Shown here: one piece after another, positions 57,434 to 64,000 of the stretch | Numbering within the stretch: position 1 is the first letter of the stretch | How the letters are laid out: each line of letters begins with the position of its first letter | NCBI GenBank assembly: GCA_965223325.1 | Contig: CBDCWI010000001.1 | Coordinates: forward strand, 576,001-640,000 | Direction: 5' to 3' | DNA from: Candidatus Multivoradales bacterium | GTDB taxonomy: Bacteria > Acidobacteriota > Thermoanaerobaculia > Multivoradales > Multivoraceae | DNA length: 64,000 bases | Translations under genes and position numbers: made by a program | Notes under the pieces: model-generated | Told to the model about the DNA's origin: nothing | Database searches by the model: none | The model's input: the letters and a program-made list of their open reading frames with translations, nothing else

Positions 57434-57504
57434 GCGCGATAGAATCCGAAGTTCGCGAGAGCACTCGCGACCCGCTCCCTTCCCCCACCCACGGAGCCCC
57501 GCCG

Positions 57505-58893
57505 ATGACCGTCAAGACCCTTCGCTTCCTCCTGTTGGCTTTCGCGTCAGCCAGCTTCGTCGCCACCGCCGCCCTCGCGGCGCCACCGGCGAACACCGCC
57601 GACGCCGAGAAGCCGTCGTTCACCCGCGACATCGCACCGATCCTCCAACGCAGCTGTGAGACCTGCCATCGCCCCGGCCAGATCGCCCCGATGTCGCTGC
57701 GCACCTACGACGAGGTTCGCCCCTGGGCGAAATCGATCCAGAAGGTGACCGCCAAGCGCACCATGCCGCCCTGGCATGCCGACCCACAGTTCGGCAGCTG
57801 GAAGAACGACATCAGCTTGAGCGACAGCGAGATCGACACCATCTCGCGTTGGGTCGATCAGGGAGCCCCTCGAGGTGACCTGAGCGACATGCCCGCAGCT
57901 CGCGACTGGGGCCCGCAGGAATGGCGGCTCGGCGAACCGGATGTGACCTTCACCTATTCGCGACCCGCTCCGGTGGGCAAAGAAGTCGACGACGAATACC
58001 GCTGCTTCGTCATGTCGGTGCCCTTCGAAGAAGAAGTGTGGCTGAAGGCAACCGACTACAAACCCGGCAACCCCGAGATCGTTCATCACTACATCGTCTT
58101 TCTCGACAAGAGCGGCCGGGCCATGGAGCTCGACCGCCGTACCCCCGAGCCCGGTTTCGAATGCGGCATGACCGGCGGCGGCGCGGAGCTGGGTCTTCTG
58201 CCGATGATCGGTGCCTGGGCACCCGGCAACACTTCGGGCTGGGGTCCCGAGGGCGTCGCCAGGCGCATCCCGGCTGGTTCGCAGATCGTCCTGCAGATTC
58301 ATTTCCACAACGCCACCGGCGAAGACCAGACCGACCAGTCCTCCATCGGCTGGCATCTCGCCAAGGGCTCTGAGCTGGTCGAATACGAGCCCAACACCCA
58401 CCTGCTCTCCGCCTGGCAGCTCGACATTCCGCCCGGCGAACGCGAAGTCACGCACGCCGCCGAATGGAAGACCTCGCGCCATATCACCCTGTTGGGGATC
58501 GCACCGCACATGCACTACCGCGGCAAGAGCATGCGGGTCTGGTACCAGCCTCCCGGTGCTGAAGAAGAGACCATGCTCTTCGTCCCCAACTACGACTTCA
58601 ACTGGCAAACCACCTACGCCTTCGAGGCGCCGATGAAGATCCCCGCCGGTTCGAAGTTCCGGATGGAGTCGGTACACGACAACTCGTCCGGCAACCCACA
58701 CAACCCGGACCCGACGCGACATGTCAAATGGGGCGAAGAAACCCACAATGAAATGTCGATCGCCTTCCTGCCTCACACCGTCGACGAAAAACGCATCGAC
58801 GTCACCCCGGTCTGGCCACCAAAGCGCTTTGATCCAAAGGGTGACGGTGGCGACCCGCCGGCGACCCAGGGCAACGCCACGGGCGGAAAGTAG
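57505..58893 (+). CDS. Secreted cytochrome c (CxxCH) + copper type II monooxygenase (PHM-like) fusion
   Basis: CETCH...MPPW, 'VHHY', 'HFH', 'PHMH', 'YDFNWQ' and 'EM'. Confidence 0.8.
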   Translation: MTVKTLRFLLLAFASASFVATAALAAPPANTADAEKPSFTRDIAPILQRSCETCHRPGQIAPMSLRTYDEVRPWAKSIQKVTAKRTMPPWHADPQFGSWKNDISLSDSEIDTISRWVDQGAPRGDLSDMPAARDWGPQEWRLGEPDVTFTYSRPAPVGKEVDDEYRCFVMSVPFEEEVWLKATDYKPGNPEIVHHYIVFLDKSGRAMELDRRTPEPGFECGMTGGGAELGLLPMIGAWAPGNTSGWGPEGVARRIPAGSQIVLQIHFHNATGEDQTDQSSIGWHLAKGSELVEYEPNTHLLSAWQLDIPPGEREVTHAAEWKTSRHITLLGIAPHMHYRGKSMRVWYQPPGAEEETMLFVPNYDFNWQTTYAFEAPMKIPAGSKFRMESVHDNSSGNPHNPDPTRHVKWGEETHNEMSIAFLPHTVDEKRIDVTPVWPPKRFDPKGDGGDPPATQGNATGGK

Positions 58894-58976
58894 TCGAAGG
58901 AGAAAGCTCAGCGGAATAGGCCGCCAGATCGCGCGGTTCGTCCCACTACACTCCCAGAAGTGAAAGGACGACCGTC

Positions 58977-60767
58977 ATGGTGCTCTCCAGAGGTCTGCTC
59001 GAGAACGCTCGTTTCGCTGCGCCTCAGAGCGCCCAACGCGTTCGAAACGGCCTTCTGGTGTCCGCGGTCGTTCTTCTGCTCCTCATTCCAAACCGGTCTC
59101 CCGGGCAGCAGGAGACGCCGGAGGCAACCTTCGGTGAGACCGTCGAGGTGCGTGTCGTCGACCTCGATGTGGTCGTCGTCGATCGCCGCGGCCGTCCCGT
59201 CGGCGGCCTCACCAAAGAAGACTTCGAAGTCCGCGAAGACGGCGCACCGGTCGAGATCCGGTACTTCCGCGCACCCACCGCCGCGGACAACGCGGATCGG
59301 ACCGGTCGCGCGAACCCCGAAGTCGCGCCGGAGGCGGCTGCCGAAGCACCCTCGCGGCCCCCGCGTCGCCTGTTCGCCGTCTACCTCGACGACGACCACC
59401 TGCCCCCGGGCTCCGCTCGACGCGTCCACCAGGCGCTTTTCCAGCTGCTCGAGGCCGGCGTTTTCGAAGGGGCCGAGTTGGCCCTGTTGCGACGGCGCGG
59501 AAAGGTCGAGCTCCTGGTTCCGCCCACCAAGGACTCTGCACGCGTCCTCGAGGTCGTCCGCGCGAACGAGAAGCCGACAGGACAGGGTAACCGCCTCCAG
59601 ATCGCACGCCGCGCCGCGCTGACCGCCGTCGTCGACACCTGGGAAGCCTGTGAGATAGCCCCCAACTGCATCCCGTGTGTTGACGTCTGGGGTCAGATGG
59701 TCGCCATCGCGCGAGGTTACGCCGCCAGTGCGCAGGCGACCAACGACTCCATCCTCGCCGGGCTCAGCCGAGCCACCACGATTCTCGGGACCTTCCCCGG
59801 CCGCTCGACTCTCCTGGTGGTGAGCGAAGGCCTGACCTTCCGCCCGGGCCTGGCGCTCTACGATCATCTCGGCGGCCTCTGCCCGGAGCTCCACCGCCAG
59901 GACGCCGACGCCTTGATGCGCGAGACAAACCTTGCCTCGGCGCTCAACCAAGCGGCAGCAATCGCCAACACCGACCGGGTGACCCTCTACCCGCTCGACC
60001 CGGGCGGTCTGCGAGCGAGCAGTTCGATGGACACCTCGATCGGCAACCGCCGGCTCCTGCCAACCTCTATCAACGACCAACTTAGGCTCGCCAACCTGGA
60101 GGGCCCGCTCCATCAATTGGCAGAGGAAACGGGCGGCAAGGCTCTCCTCAACGCCAACCGGCCGGCCCAGGCCATTGCCGGCGCGGCCTCAGAACTCGCC
60201 TACGCCTATTCGATCGGCTTCGTACCGGCGCACCCCGCCAGCGGCCGGACACACCTTCTCGACGTGCGCCTGGTGGGTCGCGCAGCCAAGGCCGGGCGGC
60301 GCCTGCGCTACCGGCGGCAGTACTTGGACCGCACCCAGGAGCACCGCGACGCCGACCGCCTCGCTGCCGCCCTCCTCACTGGTAAGAGCGAGAACCCGCT
60401 CGGCGTCGAGCTCAGCATCACGACCTTGCCCGTCGACCCGAACCTCGAAGGCCGCAAGCGAGCCCGCGCCCTGCGGACGGTCCGCGTCCGGGTCGTTTTG
60501 CCTCCCGAGAAAGTCGCCCACTGGCGAGCGCTGGCGGCAACCAACGAAAGAAACCAGGGGTTCAAGATCTGGCTCACAGGGCGCAACCACAGCAACCTGT
60601 GGCTCCCAATGCGAACCCGGACCTTCGAGGCGCCGCCCGGCGGCAGCGCGCTCGACCTGGCGATCGAACTCGAAGCGGGTATCGGAACCTGGCAGATGGC
60701 GGTCGCCGTACGCGATCTCGGGACCGGCACGACCACCTTTCAAACCCGCGAAGTGACTGTCGACTGA
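58977..60767 (+). CDS. VWFA-related (acidobacterial) VWA-domain protein
   Basis: 'VEVRVV..DVVV.D..G.PV.GL...DFEV.EDG', 'VSEG', 'LA..TGG' and 'Y.IGF.P'. Confidence 0.82.
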   Translation: MVLSRGLLENARFAAPQSAQRVRNGLLVSAVVLLLLIPNRSPGQQETPEATFGETVEVRVVDLDVVVVDRRGRPVGGLTKEDFEVREDGAPVEIRYFRAPTAADNADRTGRANPEVAPEAAAEAPSRPPRRLFAVYLDDDHLPPGSARRVHQALFQLLEAGVFEGAELALLRRRGKVELLVPPTKDSARVLEVVRANEKPTGQGNRLQIARRAALTAVVDTWEACEIAPNCIPCVDVWGQMVAIARGYAASAQATNDSILAGLSRATTILGTFPGRSTLLVVSEGLTFRPGLALYDHLGGLCPELHRQDADALMRETNLASALNQAAAIANTDRVTLYPLDPGGLRASSSMDTSIGNRRLLPTSINDQLRLANLEGPLHQLAEETGGKALLNANRPAQAIAGAASELAYAYSIGFVPAHPASGRTHLLDVRLVGRAAKAGRRLRYRRQYLDRTQEHRDADRLAAALLTGKSENPLGVELSITTLPVDPNLEGRKRARALRTVRVRVVLPPEKVAHWRALAATNERNQGFKIWLTGRNHSNLWLPMRTRTFEAPPGGSALDLAIELEAGIGTWQMAVAVRDLGTGTTTFQTREVTVD

Positions 60768-60777
60768 GGCGTAGGCC

Positions 60778-61554
60778 TCAAGCCTTCTCGATCAACCACA
60801 TCGCCGAGACCAGGTTGGTCTCCATGTAGGCGCACTCTTTTTCCTGTTCGCGCACGAAGCGGGCGAAGGCCGCGGCGTACTCGGGGTGACGCTCGGCGAG
60901 CGTGTTGGCCCGCGCACGGATCTGGGCGTTGATTTCGACGTTCTCGGCCACGGTCTCCTCGAGTGATTCGACTTCTTCGGCGACCACGGTATCGCCGTGG
61001 GCCTCGAGGAGCGCGATGGTGTCGGCGTGTGGAAGGCAACCCTCGAAGCCTTCGAATGACGGCTTGCCTCCGGGCTGCAGGAAGTCGTCGTTGATCAGGA
61101 TGTGGCCTCCTGGCTTCAGGAAGCGCCTGAGAACGCCGACTGTGTCGTCGAGCGGCCCCAGCACATCACCGAGGGCGGCGTAGACGACGACATCGGCGGG
61201 CTCGAGCCGCCCAGCCAGCTTGTTGATGTCGCCACATTGGAAGGTGCAGCGGTCGGCCAGGCCGAGCTCGACGGCTTGCCGCTGGCAGTCGAGGACGAAG
61301 GGCTCGAAGAGGTCAATGCCCTGGACTCGGGTGCCGAGCTGGCGGGCGATCTCGAGAGAGACCGCACCTTTGCCGCAGCCAAGGTCGATGACCAACGCCT
61401 GGGCTGGCAAGTCGAGGCGAGCGAGCATCTCGGCAGCCAACTCGGGATCGCTGCCCAGGGCGTCGAGGTCTCGGAGGAGCTCGGGGGCAAACGGCAGCAG
61501 CCCGGGATCGATCTCGAGCGCGTAGGCCACCATCTCGTCTTCTGTTCTTGCCAT
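60778..61554 (-). CDS. Class I SAM-dependent methyltransferase
   Basis: 'IDLGCGKG', 'GID' and 'LKPGG.I...D'. Confidence 0.88.
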   Translation of the reverse strand: MARTEDEMVAYALEIDPGLLPFAPELLRDLDALGSDPELAAEMLARLDLPAQALVIDLGCGKGAVSLEIARQLGTRVQGIDLFEPFVLDCQRQAVELGLADRCTFQCGDINKLAGRLEPADVVVYAALGDVLGPLDDTVGVLRRFLKPGGHILINDDFLQPGGKPSFEGFEGCLPHADTIALLEAHGDTVVAEEVESLEETVAENVEINAQIRARANTLAERHPEYAAAFARFVREQEKECAYMETNLVSAMWLIEKA

Positions 61555-61603
61555 GTCTGGCGTCTCCGTTATGGTGCGCCCACCATTTCTCTGGAGCCGA
61601 GCC

Positions 61604-62422
61604 ATGAAACGACGCGACTTCCTCAAGACTTCGCTAGCAACTGCTCTAGGCACGAGCCTGCCTGCGAGCTCGCTGCTGGCCCTCGACCCGCAGCAGGAAT
61701 TCTACGAACTGCGCGCCTACCGGGTGCCCGACACCGCTTCGCAGGAACTCGTGCTGCGCTATCTCGAAGAGGGCCTGGTGCCGGCGCTCGGACGGTTTGG
61801 TCTCGACCGCGTCGGCTCGTTCACCGTCGTTCCAAAGCCGGTCAAATCGCCCGACGAACCGTCTGCCGTCGGCCCCGACCTGACCCTCTTCATGATTCTG
61901 CCGTTCCCGACCATCGAGGCCTTCCTCTCGCTGCGCCCCACCCTCGAAGCCGACCAGGAGTACCTGCGCGCCGCCGCCACCCACTACGCGCGGCCGCGCA
62001 AGGAGCCCGCCTATCGCCGCGTCGAAAGCTGGTTCATGAAGGCCTTCACCGGCATGCCGGTCATGGAGCTGCCCATCGAGAGCCGTGAGAAGAAGCCGCG
62101 GATTTTCGAAGTGCGGGTCTATGAAAGCCACACCGACGAAATGGCGCGGCGCAAGATCGAAATGTTCAATGAAGGCGAGATCGACATCATGCGCGCGGTC
62201 GGCCTGGCACCGCTGCTCTTTGGTGAGACCCTGATCGGCAACAACATCCCCAATCTCACCTACATCCTCTCGGCCCCCGACATGGCAACTCACGAGGCAC
62301 ACTGGAAGGCCTTCGGCACACACCCGGAGTGGAACCGAATGAAGAAGATGGAGCGCTACAAGGGCACCATCTCGGGAATCGAGAACTACTTCCTCCGCCC
62401 CACCGCTTTTTCCATGGTCTAG
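61604..62422 (+). CDS. NIPSNAP family protein with Tat-like signal
   Basis: MKRRDFLK, 'YELR.Y', 'IFE.R.YES', 'KIEMFN.GEI' and 'PNLTY'. Confidence 0.88.
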   Translation: MKRRDFLKTSLATALGTSLPASSLLALDPQQEFYELRAYRVPDTASQELVLRYLEEGLVPALGRFGLDRVGSFTVVPKPVKSPDEPSAVGPDLTLFMILPFPTIEAFLSLRPTLEADQEYLRAAATHYARPRKEPAYRRVESWFMKAFTGMPVMELPIESREKKPRIFEVRVYESHTDEMARRKIEMFNEGEIDIMRAVGLAPLLFGETLIGNNIPNLTYILSAPDMATHEAHWKAFGTHPEWNRMKKMERYKGTISGIENYFLRPTAFSMV

Positions 62423-62508
62423 CGGGCCCGATTCAAGGCAGCCTGTGCTGCAACAGCGCGCGCAGCGGGCCCACCTCATCTGGCGCTGCTCCTCTCGATG
62501 ACGGTGGT

Positions 62509-62663
62509 TTGCCCTCGACCCGCCGGCCGTTCTATCCTTGATCTCGATGATGAAGAGCAACTCCCTCCTCATTACCCTCTACAGGGCCCCCGCCGGCTGA
62601 GACCAACCCGTCTTCGCTGGAACCGAGAGGCCTCGCCTGAACAACGGCGGGGCCTTTCTCATT
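62509..62663 (+). promoter_or_regulatory. ileS leader: promoter, 17-aa leader ORF (62547-62600) and terminator (62628-62663)
   Basis: TTGCCC-N18-TATCCT, then ATG 8 nt downstream encoding MMKSNSLLITLYRAPAG*. Stem AGGCCTCGCC/GGCGGGGCCT followed by TTCTCATT. Confidence 0.55.
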
Positions 62664-62746
62664 CTGAGCACCCCTCTTGACCCGCTAGCCCTCCCGCGGA
62701 CCGTGAGAACCCTCCCGCCACATTTCGTCACGAGATCGAGACCGAC

Positions 62747-64000
62747 ATGACCGACGCCAACAACGACGACGCTCTGAAAGAACGCAAGAAGCTCTACAAG
62801 AAGAGCCTCAACCTGCCCAAGACCGGCTTCCCGATGAAGGCCAACCTGGTGCAGAACGAGCCGGCGTCGATCAAGCGCTGGGCGAAGCTCGACGTGTACA
62901 ACGCAGTCCTGACGGCGCGGGAGGAGGCACCGCCGTTTCGTTTTCACGACGGGCCGCCCTACGCCAACGGCACCATCCATGTCGGTCACCTGCTCAACAA
63001 GGTCCTCAAGGACCTGGTGGTACGAACGCGCTCGATGGCGGGCTACCACTGCCCTTATGTCCCTGGTTGGGACTGCCATGGCCTGCCGATCGAGCACAAG
63101 GTGCTCACCGAACTGACCGAGTCGGGCAAGGTCGAAAAGCTCCAGGACCTGCCCGAGGACACCTACCGCATGGCGGTGCGCCGCGAGTGCTCGCGCTACG
63201 CCCAGAAGTTCAAGAAGCTGCAGGCCGAGCAAATGGTGCGGCTGATGACACTGGCCGACTACGAGAACCCGTACATGACGATGAGCCCGGAGTACGAAGC
63301 CGGGGTGCTCGAGGTGTTCGCGGGCCTGGTCGACGAAGGCCTGATCTACCGCGACCTCAAGCCGGTGCATTGGTCAATCGCCAATGAGACAGCGCTCGCC
63401 GAGGCAGAGCTCGAGTATCACGACAAGACCGACCCATCGATCTACGTCTGGTTCGAGGCCGTCGACAAGGCAGCCGTCGCCAGCGCTTTCGGTGTGGACG
63501 CACCCGACGGCCCCGTGCACTTCATGATCTGGACGACGACTCCCTGGACCCTGCCGGCCAATCTATTGATCGCGGTGCACGAGCGCTACGAGTATTCGCT
63601 GGTCGAACTGGGCGGCAAAGTCGGTGTGGTGGCCTCCGAGCTCGCCTCGAAGGTGGCCCTTGCAGCCGGTACCGAAGCGCGTGAGCTCGGCCGCGTGAAG
63701 GGCAGCGATTTGGTGGGGCTGGCCTACACCCACCCGTTCATCGAAGCCAGTGAGCGCACCGAAAACGCCTGGCGCGTCGTGACCGCCGACTACGTGACCT
63801 TAGAGGACGGCACCGGTCTGGTGCACACTGCGCCCGGCCACGGCGCCGACGACTACCTCACGGGCCTCGAGCAGAACGTGCCGGTCTACTGCCCGGTTCA
63901 GGCCGACGGAACCTACGACGACACCGTCCCCGAGAACCTGCGCGGGGTGTCGATCTGGGACGCCAACAAGCAAATCGTCGACGCTCTGGTGGCTTCGGGC
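62747..64000 (+). CDS. ileS: Isoleucine--tRNA ligase (type 1), 5' part; runs off the window
   Basis: Not in the ORF track because it has no stop. Read directly: 'YKKSLNLPKTGFPMKANL', 'HDGPPYANG.IHVGH..NK.LKD', 'PGWDCHGLPIE', 'IWTTTPWTLPAN' and 'GTGLVHTAPGHG'. Confidence 0.97.
   Translation, partial: MTDANNDDALKERKKLYKKSLNLPKTGFPMKANLVQNEPASIKRWAKLDVYNAVLTAREEAPPFRFHDGPPYANGTIHVGHLLNKVLKDLVVRTRSMAGYHCPYVPGWDCHGLPIEHKVLTELTESGKVEKLQDLPEDTYRMAVRRECSRYAQKFKKLQAEQMVRLMTLADYENPYMTMSPEYEAGVLEVFAGLVDEGLIYRDLKPVHWSIANETALAEAELEYHDKTDPSIYVWFEAVDKAAVASAFGVDAPDGPVHFMIWTTTPWTLPANLLIAVHERYEYSLVELGGKVGVVASELASKVALAAGTEARELGRVKGSDLVGLAYTHPFIEASERTENAWRVVTADYVTLEDGTGLVHTAPGHGADDYLTGLEQNVPVYCPVQADGTYDDTVPENLRGVSIWDANKQIVDALVASG

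Noticed and set aside
62540-62640. Canonical T-box riboswitch
   Set aside because: GATGAAGAG, GCTGAGA and TGGAACC echoes exist, but there is no space for a specifier loop or Stem I 3' arm and the discriminator pairing does not fit tRNA-Ile. Kept only as an alternative.
62579-63370. 263-aa minus-strand ORF
   Set aside because: Antisense to ileS.

Overview
GC-rich bacterial chromosomal window with about 50 protein genes. No rRNA, tRNA, CRISPR array or prophage was recognised. Three VWA-type secreted proteins, a DUF1800/DUF1501 pair and a 'DxFESG..W' C-terminal motif suggest Acidobacteriota (Thermoanaerobaculia-like); this is inference. Housekeeping genes include aceE, rpoD, pncB, nth and the 5' part of ileS. 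The most interesting signals are non-coding or regulatory: (1) a HuH/Y1 (RAYT-like) transposase bracketed by two plus two inverted copies of a hairpin REP-like motif; (2) a ~245-bp unit in ~2.9 tandem copies carrying a CTAG-bounded MITE-like element; (3) a ~700-bp nested fold-back downstream of rpoD whose transition mismatches all give G-U pairs on the minus strand; (4) two candidate leader-peptide attenuators, one with a Ser/Thr-rich 72-aa peptide upstream of a MATE transporter and one with a 17-aa peptide upstream of ileS; (5) an in-frame NqrB/RnfD-like + DUF2330 ORF with an internal start. All calls come from reading the sequence and motifs by eye; no database search or folding program was run.
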